From the IMG/VR virus record IMGVR_UViG_3300034170_000071, positions 1 through 61,244 of that record: a DNA stretch of 61,244 nt. One strand, 5' to 3'. This document shows, piece after piece, positions 18,954 through 28,012 of this stretch. Source of the DNA: a virus. Taxonomy: Duplodnaviria > Caudoviricetes. Below the pieces are notes generated by a model. The model was not told where the DNA came from and did not search any database. It saw only the letters and a list, made by a program, of their open reading frames with translations. Each line of letters opens with the position of its first letter. The stretch's first letter is position 1. A program made the position numbers and the translations under genes.

Positions 18954-19020
18954 TAATTCTTTTCTGCTGGTGACGAAATGTTAGAAACTTTGCAATCCAA
19001 GTTTTTCGAGGAATCCCCCA

Positions 19021-20316
19021 ATGTCGCTAAACCTGACCCAGTTCAAATGGTTTCAGTATGACGAAAACGCGGCGGAACTGGCCTTTGATCAGGATCGCCA
19101 CAATGAAGACTATGTGCTGGAACTTCACCCCGGAAATATTTACGGCGTAAAGAAACGTGCGCACGGTATTTTCGTCGTACACAAAAACAGTCCTGACATT
19201 CAGTTTTCGCTGAATGAAGCGGAATACATGCGGATCGTTACGCACTCCAAAGGCTGGTCTGGAAAGATCAAGCGCGTGGCAGTGAAAGCGGGCGTAGGTG
19301 GCATGGACAAACCTGTCGATAGCCTGCCTGACGGCTGGATTCGAATGCAGGTTGATAGCTCCAACCTCAACACCGTTATTTATGATTCGAAGCGCCAAGT
19401 TTTGTACGTCGCATTCCACAACGGTGCTTCGTGGGCATACGAAAATGTGACCAAGCGCGAATACGAAGAAATGGAAGCCGCTGAATCGCGTGGCCGTTTC
19501 TTTATCTACCGCATTAAATACGTGAAGCCTCAATACAAACTGGGGAACAACTTCGATCAGCCGCCGTATGACGTTACGCAAACCAGCCCAAGCGTTATGC
19601 CTGAAAAATCGCCTGCTGCAAAAGAAAAAGCGGCTTCGCTCCCGCCTGAAAAATCTGTAAAGAAACCAAAGGTAGCGGCATTTGAAATACCTGCTGGAAT
19701 GAAAGTTAATGGCCGTGCAAAAATCTCCATTACGCATTCCGGACACCCCGGCAAATCCACTGTTAAAACGTGGTCGGGTGTTGGGTTCGAATGGCTGGGT
19801 TCTAAAAATCCAGAGTTGGGCCGTCTGCTTGGGGATCTTGCCACCACGGGTAAGGCTGAATACGTTGACGATAAGGGCACTGCGTACCTGACTCTCGATG
19901 ATCAGATTTTGATTCCTGATGAAAACGCACCTGCCGCGAAAAAACCAGCGGCGAAATCTACAAAGAAACCAGCGTCGAAATCTACAAAACCTGCACTGCA
20001 AATTCCGCGTGGCGCTAGCGATACGTGGCTAGCTTCGGAAGAAAGTTATGTAGGTAAAAAACCGCTGGCTAAAAAAGTCATTGCTATTCTGAAGGGTGGT
20101 AAGGTCAACAGCGAATCCGATATGTTCTCGCTGCTGGAATCCCTGAAAGATGGCGGGTTGGCACTGTACGATAAGCGAGCGTTTAACACCGCTGCTAAAT
20201 CGCTGCTGTCTACGGCGGATGAATACGCATTCTCTGAAAAAGGTGCGTTGGCGTATAAGCCTGTCCGTGAACTGATCATGACAATGATCAAGAAATCCGC
20301 ACTTCATTTTATGTAG
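19021..20316 (+). CDS. KTSC-domain protein with novel N-terminal domain and Pro/Ala/Lys-rich linkers
   Basis: VDSSNL..V.YD.....LYVAFHNG..WAYENV....YEEM..AESRGRFF...IK is the KTSC signature. Confidence 0.8.
   Translation: MSLNLTQFKWFQYDENAAELAFDQDRHNEDYVLELHPGNIYGVKKRAHGIFVVHKNSPDIQFSLNEAEYMRIVTHSKGWSGKIKRVAVKAGVGGMDKPVDSLPDGWIRMQVDSSNLNTVIYDSKRQVLYVAFHNGASWAYENVTKREYEEMEAAESRGRFFIYRIKYVKPQYKLGNNFDQPPYDVTQTSPSVMPEKSPAAKEKAASLPPEKSVKKPKVAAFEIPAGMKVNGRAKISITHSGHPGKSTVKTWSGVGFEWLGSKNPELGRLLGDLATTGKAEYVDDKGTAYLTLDDQILIPDENAPAAKKPAAKSTKKPASKSTKPALQIPRGASDTWLASEESYVGKKPLAKKVIAILKGGKVNSESDMFSLLESLKDGGLALYDKRAFNTAAKSLLSTADEYAFSEKGALAYKPVRELIMTMIKKSALHFM
19942..19989 (+). repeat. 2 x 24-bp tandem repeat coding KPAAKSTK/KPASKSTK
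   Basis: aaaccagcggcgaaatctacaaag / aaaccagcgtcgaaatctacaaaa. Confidence 0.85.
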
Positions 20317-20323
20317 GAACAAA

Positions 20324-20962
20324 ATGCCAATCCTAGCCGATGCACTGGTCGAACCGATCAAAGAAGACGAAGGCCGTTATTTGCAGATGATTGCAGACGG
20401 CGATCTTGAAGAAAATGGCCTGTTCACTTTTAAGGGGATCGGGTACAAACTTTTTGTAGGCACTGACCGCCATATTCAGGGCCTGTCTGGTTGCCGGTTG
20501 ATCGTCCTGTTCAAAGGCGATGATTGCGTTTATTCCTGCTATTACAAAATGGCGGAAAATCAATACTTCGGAAACCGTGTGGTGCAAATAGAGGTTCGGC
20601 AATCTCAATCGTTGCCGGGCCTTGCACGTCATGTGATGCGCAATTATTTCCTGCGTCATTACGATTCAATTCGCACCGATCTTTCCAGTACGCCGCAAGG
20701 CCGGAACATGTGGCAGCAATTCTACATCGACCACCGGAAAGAAAAAGAACTGTTCTTTTATCAAGGACTGGTGAACATCGACCTACGAAAATCGGATGGG
20801 TCGAATAATCAGGATGCTTCCTGTCCAGAGCTGGTATTTGATGTGCGCGCTATGCGCAACGCATGCACCGTACTGCGTGAAGGGATGTGGCACGACAATA
20901 AGCAGGGTAACGTTGTGGTTATCTACGCATCCAATAAACCTCTATGGACAAAAACGAAATGA
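20324..20962 (+). CDS. divergent GNAT-fold-like phage protein
   Basis: PGLARHV...IRTDLSSTPQGRNMWQ resembles the C-terminal motif of phage GNAT-like proteins. Confidence 0.45.
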   Translation: MPILADALVEPIKEDEGRYLQMIADGDLEENGLFTFKGIGYKLFVGTDRHIQGLSGCRLIVLFKGDDCVYSCYYKMAENQYFGNRVVQIEVRQSQSLPGLARHVMRNYFLRHYDSIRTDLSSTPQGRNMWQQFYIDHRKEKELFFYQGLVNIDLRKSDGSNNQDASCPELVFDVRAMRNACTVLREGMWHDNKQGNVVVIYASNKPLWTKTK

Positions 20963-22899
20963 AATTGAGAAAAACCAATCGCACACCGATTGCGCAGTCA
21001 CCGCAAAATCGCAGTCCGCAATCCATGGGTACGTCGAAGCAGTATTACCCGAAAACCGATCAGCAAAAGATCGACGATTATCTGGCTACCGCAGGCAGCG
21101 GTGGCAACGCGCAAATGTCGCAGATGCCGATTGAAATCGACATTGACCCGATGTTGAAAGATATCGTGTTTTCCGAAGACCTTGAACAGAAAAAACTGGT
21201 CATGCGGATTTACACGGACATGTATTACAACGATTCCATCGGCGGTTCGATTGTCGATATCAAATCGCAGCTGATGTTCTCTGACTTCACCATTTCCGGA
21301 ATCATGGACCGCAAGGTTATGGATGATTTCATGGAAAACGTGGATCGTCTGGATATCCGCAACCTGATGCCCGATGTGGCAATCGACTACAACGTGAAAG
21401 GCGGTTTCATCGGATCGCTTTTGTACAACGAAAAATCGCAAGTGTTCTCGCGCATCATGCCGCACGCGTATGAAAACACAAAGATCGACATGCTACCTTT
21501 CCACGGCACCGATCCGCTGATTACTGTAGCGTTTCCCGAATACATCCGGGCGACCATGGCTTCCGATAGTCCACGCGTGAAAGCACTGCGTGAATTCCTC
21601 GGCGCCGACGTAATGAAACAGCTGTCAAACGAAGCGCTGGAACTCGATCAGAAATCCACCGTTTACGTTCCGCGCCGTTCGGGTAGCTCTTCGACTGGCA
21701 CCAGTTATTACCGCCGAATTATGCCGTGGTATTTGCTGGAGAAAAACCTTTTCCGTGGCACGCTTGTTCGTTCTGCCATGCGTCAAAAAGGTATTCTCCA
21801 CGTAACGCTTGACGGTGCGGGCGAATGGGAACCAACACTGGCCGATATGCAGGCCGTGATGGATATGTTCATGAACGCCGACGCTGACCCGGTTGGCGCC
21901 GTAGTTGCAACACGTGGCGGTATTTCCACCGAGGAAATTCGCGATCCACAAGGCGGTTGGACGATCTTCGATAACAAGGATGCGATTGATTCGATTAAAA
22001 TGAAAGCACTCGGTATTTCCGATGCATTCCTTTCGGGTGACGCGACTTATGCGAACGGCGATACTTCGACCTCGTTCTTTATCGACGCAATTCGTACCGA
22101 ACGTGATTGGCTGACCCGCAAGACTTTGTACAGCCGAATTTTCCCGATGATTTCCGCGCTGAAAGGCTACACGCTGAACCGCGACGGCAAATTGATTACT
22201 CGCGGTAACTCGCTGGATAAACTCGATCCGATGGGCAGTTTCGAACGGCTCAACGACGGCACCCGTTTGTTGATTCCGACGATCCATTGGGAAAAGACTT
22301 TGCAGCCGGAAGGCGATCAGCAATACATGGATATGCTGCAAGCCATGTCGGACAAAGGTGTACCGGTTCCCCTGCGCGTTATGGCAGCGGCTGGCGGCCT
22401 GAACCTTGACCGTTTGCTGGCTGGTCAAGATTCCGATTTGCTGGCGCAAGAATCGCTTTATCAATACCAGAAGAAAATCAAAGACCTCAAAAAGAAATAC
22501 GGTATTGATGACGCCGCTGATATGGGCGGTGGTGGTATGGGCGGTGGCGGTTTCGCTTCGACAGCAGCAAGCTATGACCATCAAATGATGGCTATGGCGC
22601 GCACTAATCCCGGCCTGTTCAATGCATTCCGTGCTGAAGCGCAATCGCACTACAACCTAAACCTCGACCGCACACAATCCGATGTTCTGGCCCGTAATAA
22701 CGGTCAAATCGTTGGCTTGGCGAATCGTGAATTTGGTGAAATGTCCGAGGCTTATGGCTATACGCACGACGGTAAGAAACGTCCACTTTCCAACCAAAAG
22801 CTGGCGCATGAACGTCAGAATGAAAAGATCGTTAAAATGCTTCGCAATCGTGATGCACAAACCGGCGTCGGCGCAAAGCGTTCGCGCACACGTTTGTAA
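20959..22899 (+). CDS. portal protein
   Basis: ~645 aa near terL; portal-like SYYRRIMPWYLLEK.L...RQKGILHVTL, ALGIS.AFLSGDATYAN, PTIHWEK. Confidence 0.75.
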   Translation: MKLRKTNRTPIAQSPQNRSPQSMGTSKQYYPKTDQQKIDDYLATAGSGGNAQMSQMPIEIDIDPMLKDIVFSEDLEQKKLVMRIYTDMYYNDSIGGSIVDIKSQLMFSDFTISGIMDRKVMDDFMENVDRLDIRNLMPDVAIDYNVKGGFIGSLLYNEKSQVFSRIMPHAYENTKIDMLPFHGTDPLITVAFPEYIRATMASDSPRVKALREFLGADVMKQLSNEALELDQKSTVYVPRRSGSSSTGTSYYRRIMPWYLLEKNLFRGTLVRSAMRQKGILHVTLDGAGEWEPTLADMQAVMDMFMNADADPVGAVVATRGGISTEEIRDPQGGWTIFDNKDAIDSIKMKALGISDAFLSGDATYANGDTSTSFFIDAIRTERDWLTRKTLYSRIFPMISALKGYTLNRDGKLITRGNSLDKLDPMGSFERLNDGTRLLIPTIHWEKTLQPEGDQQYMDMLQAMSDKGVPVPLRVMAAAGGLNLDRLLAGQDSDLLAQESLYQYQKKIKDLKKKYGIDDAADMGGGGMGGGGFASTAASYDHQMMAMARTNPGLFNAFRAEAQSHYNLNLDRTQSDVLARNNGQIVGLANREFGEMSEAYGYTHDGKKRPLSNQKLAHERQNEKIVKMLRNRDAQTGVGAKRSRTRL

Positions 22900-22915
22900 T
22901 TTATTGATAGCAGCC

Positions 22916-22933
22916 AAAAACTGTAAATACAGT
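22916..22933 (+). promoter_or_regulatory. candidate phage promoter AAAAACTGTAAATAC driving the putative ncRNA
   Basis: Exact copy of the motif at 4022/4821, just upstream of the structured region. Confidence 0.55.
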
Positions 22934-22937
22934 ACAT

Positions 22938-23140
22938 GGAATAGAGGGATGTTCGGCACTAGCCAGACTTAAAGGCCGGGGATCGGAGGTAGGCGCTACG
23001 GCTCAGCTAGCCAATACGAATGCCTGCCTCCACTTGGCCCATACTGAAACGCGGAACATTCCCTCGATTCTCCTTTTGCTTAGGCAAAGGTGGTACAACC
23101 CAACCGCGCCCTGTGAGCAATTGCACGGCGCGGTTTTTTC
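22938..23140 (+). ncRNA. putative structured non-coding RNA (rod with central bubble, hairpin, terminator)
   Basis: 22939-22954 pairs with 23054-23070; 22974-22980 with 23033-23039; 22985-22995 with 23021-23031; hairpin 23072-23090; terminator 23102-23140. Confidence 0.6.
23102..23140 (+). terminator. intrinsic terminator
   Basis: AACCGCGCC...GGCGCGGTT-TTTTC. Confidence 0.8.
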
Positions 23141-23156
23141 GTTTCTGGAGCCGATT

Positions 23157-23456
23157 ATGTGGGACGAATATACATCCGAAGAACAACTGAAATTCCTGAC
23201 TGAATTATGCAGAGTTTCCAGCGGCTATCCGACGATTGATCACGAGCTGGTTTATCTCGGTGAAGCAGCCCTGACCAATAAACAACGCCTGCTTTATGTG
23301 GATCACATGAGTGGCACGATTGCAGACCACACCTATCGCCGTATTGATTCCGATCACCCGGACGCGGCCTCTCATTACTACTTCAATATGATGCATGCTG
23401 ATATTGAATTGCGTGCGAAAATGATTTGGTGTGCAGTAACGGGGAACGCACCGTAA
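23157..23456 (+). CDS. hypothetical protein
   Basis: GGAG RBS at 23147-23150 before ATG 23157; the upstream TTG start would cross a terminator. Confidence 0.65.
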   Translation: MWDEYTSEEQLKFLTELCRVSSGYPTIDHELVYLGEAALTNKQRLLYVDHMSGTIADHTYRRIDSDHPDAASHYYFNMMHADIELRAKMIWCAVTGNAP

Positions 23457-24232
23457 TGGCCGGTTCACCGCTTAACTCGACAAAGCATTTGCAACGGCAG
23501 GGCCTCGATTCGAAAATCATTCACGCTGGCGTTGTGGTGGATAACCTCGACCCGCGCAAGAATGGCCGCGTGCGTGTACGTGTTCCCGGTATCTTTCCGG
23601 ACGCAATTCCTGATAAGCATTTGCCGTGGGCATTGCCGATGAATCAGGACTACGCAACGAACGAGGATCAGCCTACGCGTTCCGGTTTTATGAACGTTCC
23701 GCCAGTCGGTGCAAAGGTTGGCGTTCGCTTCCCAAAAGGCGATCCGCACAAGCCTGAATTAGCCCCGTATCCCGGCGACAAAAAGACCATTTCTTCGTTG
23801 GCCTCGGTCAATTATCCATTCCGCGTTGTAATGGAATTAGAGAATGGTTGTGCCATTATTGCCGATAAGAAAACCAACGAAGTATTCGTCACTAATCCGG
23901 GCGATGCACACTTTGTTTTCCTCGGTGATTACAGCAAAACGATTGTAGGTTCCTGCACAGAAATCATCACCGGTTCAAAGGGTGATGTTCCCGGCTATTT
24001 GACGAATGCTTCCAACAGCAAAATCAGCGAAGTGCAGGCAAAGTCTGCTGGCGGTGTGAGCAAAGGGAAGGGCAACAAATACGAAAAGATTACCGGTAAT
24101 TACACGCTGGAAATCGGTGGCAATCGAATCGTTAAAGTCAATGGTAATGACCAGCTATCTGTCGGTCGTAACCGTGACGAAAAAGTCGGTGGCAACCACA
24201 AAATTCAATCCTCCCGTTCCGATACGAACTGA
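23456..24232 (+). CDS. baseplate hub/spike protein (gp5/VgrG-like OB fold plus beta-helix)
   Basis: GVVVDNLDP..NGRVRVRVP..LPWA..PPVGAKV.V.F..GDP..P; C-terminal 8-residue [IV]xG[ND] repeats. Confidence 0.88.
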   Translation: MAGSPLNSTKHLQRQGLDSKIIHAGVVVDNLDPRKNGRVRVRVPGIFPDAIPDKHLPWALPMNQDYATNEDQPTRSGFMNVPPVGAKVGVRFPKGDPHKPELAPYPGDKKTISSLASVNYPFRVVMELENGCAIIADKKTNEVFVTNPGDAHFVFLGDYSKTIVGSCTEIITGSKGDVPGYLTNASNSKISEVQAKSAGGVSKGKGNKYEKITGNYTLEIGGNRIVKVNGNDQLSVGRNRDEKVGGNHKIQSSRSDTN

Positions 24233-24243
24233 GGCTACACAAA

Positions 24244-24864
24244 ATGCCTACACCAATTGCATCGCGGTTGCTGCGCACAGGCGATACCTACCTGTTAGAG
24301 GATACCGATCTAGCCGGTGGTTATCGCAGCGTGTCCACCATTGCCGCCCGAAACAATATTCCGCTTAGCGCCCGCCGTATCGGTATGGCTGTTTATTGCA
24401 TTGCAGATAAAACCGAATATCAGCTGCTGAATTCACTGGTTAATGCCAGTTGGACACAGCGCCCTTTGTTCAGCGGTAAGGCCCACGCAATTGCGCAGGT
24501 TGTGGCGGTTGATCCACTGCTGCAATACGGCCCTCAAACGTTCGAACAGTACGCAATGGCAAAGGTGCGCGAATGGTTCAATGCGTTGCCCTCTGAAAAT
24601 CGCGTGTTGAATAAGCCGATCTATTACTTCAAGATCGTGTGCGGATCAGGCGCCACTTCGCTGGATGCAGGAACCATTCTGCCGCCGCCTGCTGAATACA
24701 TCGGTGACGCGACATTCATCTATGACAGTGCAGCGAATACCGCGCCTGTTATTCTCGATAATTCCGCATTGGTTTGCATTGCAAAAACATTGGTGCCGTT
24801 GGGTGACGCGGTAATCAAGGCAATGGACGAATACGCGGATCGTAAAGCAGCGGGGATTCCATAA
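24244..24864 (+). CDS. virion fibre-associated protein
   Basis: N-terminal YLLEDTDL.GGYR.V....AR..IP..AR..GM.V shared with 25402. Confidence 0.65.
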   Translation: MPTPIASRLLRTGDTYLLEDTDLAGGYRSVSTIAARNNIPLSARRIGMAVYCIADKTEYQLLNSLVNASWTQRPLFSGKAHAIAQVVAVDPLLQYGPQTFEQYAMAKVREWFNALPSENRVLNKPIYYFKIVCGSGATSLDAGTILPPPAEYIGDATFIYDSAANTAPVILDNSALVCIAKTLVPLGDAVIKAMDEYADRKAAGIP

Positions 24865-25043
24865 TGGCTTCTGTCGAATACACACGGACATTTCTTTCTG
24901 GTGAATTGCTGGCAGGTAATCGTCGCGGTGATCCACACGGCATTCGTTGGATCAAAGAACCAATACCAACCGAGAATAAAAAACGAATGACTCGCGCAGT
25001 CGGGCGTTACCTCTCTGATGATCCATCCACCTACATGAAATAA
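24864..25043 (+). CDS. 59-aa hypothetical protein (below ORF-track cutoff)
   Basis: TAATG-coupled; MASVEYTRTFLSGELLAGN...STYMK; ends at a terminator. Confidence 0.55.
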   Translation: MASVEYTRTFLSGELLAGNRRGDPHGIRWIKEPIPTENKKRMTRAVGRYLSDDPSTYMK

Positions 25044-25064
25044 CCCACTTAATCGTGGGTTTTT
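25042..25064 (+). terminator. intrinsic terminator
   Basis: AACCCAC-TTAATC-GTGGGTT-TTT. Confidence 0.75.
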
Positions 25065-25094
25065 GTGTTTTCCCGCTAATTTAATGGTAAGTTT

Positions 25095-25412
25095 ATGACT
25101 AAACTATATGAACCACGTGTGCTTGGGGCAGGCATTACAATCGAAGAAAAGCCAACGCTGCCAAACCACGGCGCTCGGCTGGTGGACGTTCAGAGCTACG
25201 CCACAATTACGAAGGCACAAATAACCAACGTATTAGAAGTGGCGATCCCTGTTCGTTCTCCTGATTATATCGTTCAATGCTTTGACCAAACGAAACAAAT
25301 CATTTATCCGGATAGTGTCCAAGAAGTCGGTGCGAATATCGAGATTAAATTCCTCGAACCTCAATCTGGCGAAGTAAGGGTGCTGTTCGTCGGAGGCGAC
25401 AGTGGCGACTAA
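25095..25412 (+). CDS. putative virion structural protein
   Basis: Beta-rich; VQCFD...IYPD.V......IEIKF..PQSGEVRV typical of fibre-associated modules; preceded by TAATTT. Confidence 0.55.
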   Translation: MTKLYEPRVLGAGITIEEKPTLPNHGARLVDVQSYATITKAQITNVLEVAIPVRSPDYIVQCFDQTKQIIYPDSVQEVGANIEIKFLEPQSGEVRVLFVGGDSGD

Positions 25413-26229
25413 TATTTCGCAGCGGTTTGTAAAAACCGGTGACTTTTACCTGTTGGTGGATACTGACCTTCGCGGTGGTTTCCGGATTGTAAGTAGCTTG
25501 GCAGAACGGGATGCAATTCCGATTCAAGCGCGTAAACAGGGCATGATGGTTCGGGTAATCGAAGCATCGGGAATTACCAACTGGGAACTAGGTTTCGGTA
25601 AACCGATTACCAACGCCGGTTGGGTAGAGGCTTCGCTGGGAGGCAAAGGGGACTACATTCCAATTGCAGGCGGGCCGTTGCAAGGCGAAATCAAAGCGGA
25701 TGAGTTCGGTTCGGTCAATTTCAATGACACGCTGAAACTGGAGCCGCTGGACGGCAATCTGCAAATGACGCGCATGACTCCGCAGGCCACGGATGATCCG
25801 GAACCACGCGGTATGCTGACGTTCAACAACGGTCTCGAAAACACCGTTGAAATCAATACTGAAATCGGTCAAATAGTTTGTAAAACCGAAGTGGCGCTGT
25901 CGTCTGATCGCACGCTGAAAACCGATATCACCCGTATCGAAGGTGCATTGAAAAAGCTCCGTCGTTTGTACGGCTACACGTTCAAGAAAGTCGGTGCCGG
26001 TAATCGCATGTTTATGGGTGTGATTGCGCAGGAAGTAAAACAGGTTATGCCTGAAGCAATCACCAACACGTCGGATGGCAAACTGGCTGTTTTCTACGGC
26101 TCGCTGGCTGGCGTATTTGTTGAAGCCTTCCACGAAATCGACGACCGCCTGAAAGCAGTGGAAACTTCCGTTGCCGAAATTCGTTTGCATCTTGACCTCG
26201 ACAAGGACGCTGCAAGCGATGGGGTGTGA
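25402..26229 (+). CDS. short fibre protein with C-terminal intramolecular chaperone (peptidase S74)
   Basis: SSDRTLKTDI..I..AL.KL..L.GYTF...GVIAQEV..V.PEA...V.Y..L.....EA plus coiled coil. Confidence 0.88.
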   Translation: MATNISQRFVKTGDFYLLVDTDLRGGFRIVSSLAERDAIPIQARKQGMMVRVIEASGITNWELGFGKPITNAGWVEASLGGKGDYIPIAGGPLQGEIKADEFGSVNFNDTLKLEPLDGNLQMTRMTPQATDDPEPRGMLTFNNGLENTVEINTEIGQIVCKTEVALSSDRTLKTDITRIEGALKKLRRLYGYTFKKVGAGNRMFMGVIAQEVKQVMPEAITNTSDGKLAVFYGSLAGVFVEAFHEIDDRLKAVETSVAEIRLHLDLDKDAASDGV

Positions 26230-26677
26230 ATACGGCCCCAGCCCAATTTTTACGGTTGTTGCTTCGGACATTCCCAATGCAGGCAAACGACCAGATACAC
26301 CGAAACCCGAAATAAGCGAAGTAGGCGAGAGCGCATGTGTTACCGGGCTTTCCAGTTTGGCGCAACGCCTGACGCAGGATATTCTGATCGCACACGAGCG
26401 CCAGCATTACGGGTTCCCAATGCCGGAATTCCTTTTGCTCGCGCACGAATGGGAATTTGCGCACCCGGATTTAATGATTAGTCAGCAGCTGTTCCAATAC
26501 GTGGATTTCCGGGATATCACAATCGGTTATCCGCTGTCGATCAATGCGTATTTGTATATCACTGATCCAGCGGCTTATGGATTGCCACGCGGCCTGACAG
26601 AAGAAGAGGTGCTGAATAGTTTTCTTCGGAATTCTGTGCGGATTACCTACATCGTCAAAAACACGGATTTGAAATAA
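26219..26677 (+). CDS. hypothetical protein
   Basis: Tiles between the fibre and SprT genes; start placed at ATG 26219. Confidence 0.65.
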   Translation: MGCEYGPSPIFTVVASDIPNAGKRPDTPKPEISEVGESACVTGLSSLAQRLTQDILIAHERQHYGFPMPEFLLLAHEWEFAHPDLMISQQLFQYVDFRDITIGYPLSINAYLYITDPAAYGLPRGLTEEEVLNSFLRNSVRITYIVKNTDLK

Positions 26678-28003
26678 ATGGCCAACTACCGATATATGGA
26701 TGCGCGTGACCTAGAATACGGGTCAGCTAACGACGACTATGATTTGCATATCGTGCAAGGTGATCGGTTCACCATGTACCGCCATGGGCAAGTCTACATT
26801 GTGCAGCATGGAACCGAGCCGGATATCCTGTTTAAACTGACACTGAAAGAAGGCAACGCTTTGCACAATATGAGCGAAGAACTTCTGTCGGTGGAAGTCG
26901 ATCCGGACAACCCGCCGTACATGCTGTTCAAGCCGAAATTCGAAATGGTATCCCTGCTTTACGATTATCTAAATCACACGTATTTCAACGACGAATGTCC
27001 GGTTGTGAAATTCCGCAAGACCACGAAAAGCAGCGTGTGGGGAATGGCGCAATTGGAGTTCCTGCGCGGGAAGCCGGTCTACACTTTCTTCGTGAACGAA
27101 AGTTCCATGATTGACCGCGTGCTGTTCATGAATACCGTCGCGCACGAAATGATCCACCTGCGTAACTTTGCGAAGGGTTACAAACTCCACAAGGTTGATC
27201 CGCAGGCCGGTAAGGATTATCTGCACGACGATCACGGCCCGCACTTCCAAGACGAAATGCGCCGCATGAACGCGCAAGGCTTCCACATTCTGCTGGCCGC
27301 AACACACGAAGAATTTAAACGTGAAGCGACCGAAGAATTTTATGCAATCGTGGCCCTTGAAACCCTCGCAGGGCGCGTTGCCTCGTGGAATGCGTGGTAC
27401 ACAGCCCAACCGCTTACCGAAGACGACACAGAGCGTCTGGCGGCCCAGCTGAAGGACATTAACCCGCACTCGGAATACACGATCAAGCTGATCAAGACAA
27501 AAGACCGCAACGTCACGCACGCGAACCACATCAAATCCACGAAGACGTTCACAGAATCGACGCTCAAAAAGAAAATTGCGGGCGATATCGACCTGAAGAA
27601 CGCAGAGGTTTTGTACACGGTTTATTTGCGTCCGTCGATTCACGTTGAGTTGCCGGATTACAAAGACGTGCCGGACCTGTACGCGTTGCCGCTGGATGGT
27701 TTCTACCGCTCTATGCGTTCGTACACCGACGACCGATTGGTGCTGCGTGCGAAGTGGATGAAATTCCCCGGTAAACAATTGAGTTCGCAAATCGACAAGA
27801 AATTCAGTTCGTTGATTGGGCGGATGGGTCGCAACGCAATTCACGATGACGACGTTGTAAATACTCTTAACGATATGCGCGCAGCCTATGCGGATCGTTT
27901 CAGCTACCAACAATATGTGAGTGCCATGCTGGCATTCATTGATAAATACGATAGAAAAGGCTTGCTTGCAGAGTACGCCAAGATTATGAAACTTATTGCG
28001 TGA
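26678..28003 (+). CDS. SprT-like zinc metalloprotease with extra N- and C-terminal domains
   Basis: YDYLN..YF, TVAHEMIHL (HExxH), HGPHF..EM.RMN. Confidence 0.85.
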   Translation: MANYRYMDARDLEYGSANDDYDLHIVQGDRFTMYRHGQVYIVQHGTEPDILFKLTLKEGNALHNMSEELLSVEVDPDNPPYMLFKPKFEMVSLLYDYLNHTYFNDECPVVKFRKTTKSSVWGMAQLEFLRGKPVYTFFVNESSMIDRVLFMNTVAHEMIHLRNFAKGYKLHKVDPQAGKDYLHDDHGPHFQDEMRRMNAQGFHILLAATHEEFKREATEEFYAIVALETLAGRVASWNAWYTAQPLTEDDTERLAAQLKDINPHSEYTIKLIKTKDRNVTHANHIKSTKTFTESTLKKKIAGDIDLKNAEVLYTVYLRPSIHVELPDYKDVPDLYALPLDGFYRSMRSYTDDRLVLRAKWMKFPGKQLSSQIDKKFSSLIGRMGRNAIHDDDVVNTLNDMRAAYADRFSYQQYVSAMLAFIDKYDRKGLLAEYAKIMKLIA

Positions 28004-28012
28004 CCAAGGGGA

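Noticed and set aside
22938-23140. tRNA, tmRNA, SRP RNA or hammerhead identity for the structured RNA
   Set aside because: No cloverleaf with a T-loop, no SRP GGAA/AGCAG motif and no CUGANGA core found by eye
23034-23156. 5' extension of the 23157 gene from TTG 23034
   Set aside because: The TTG is buried in a stem, lacks an RBS and the frame crosses a strong terminator; ATG 23157 has GGAG
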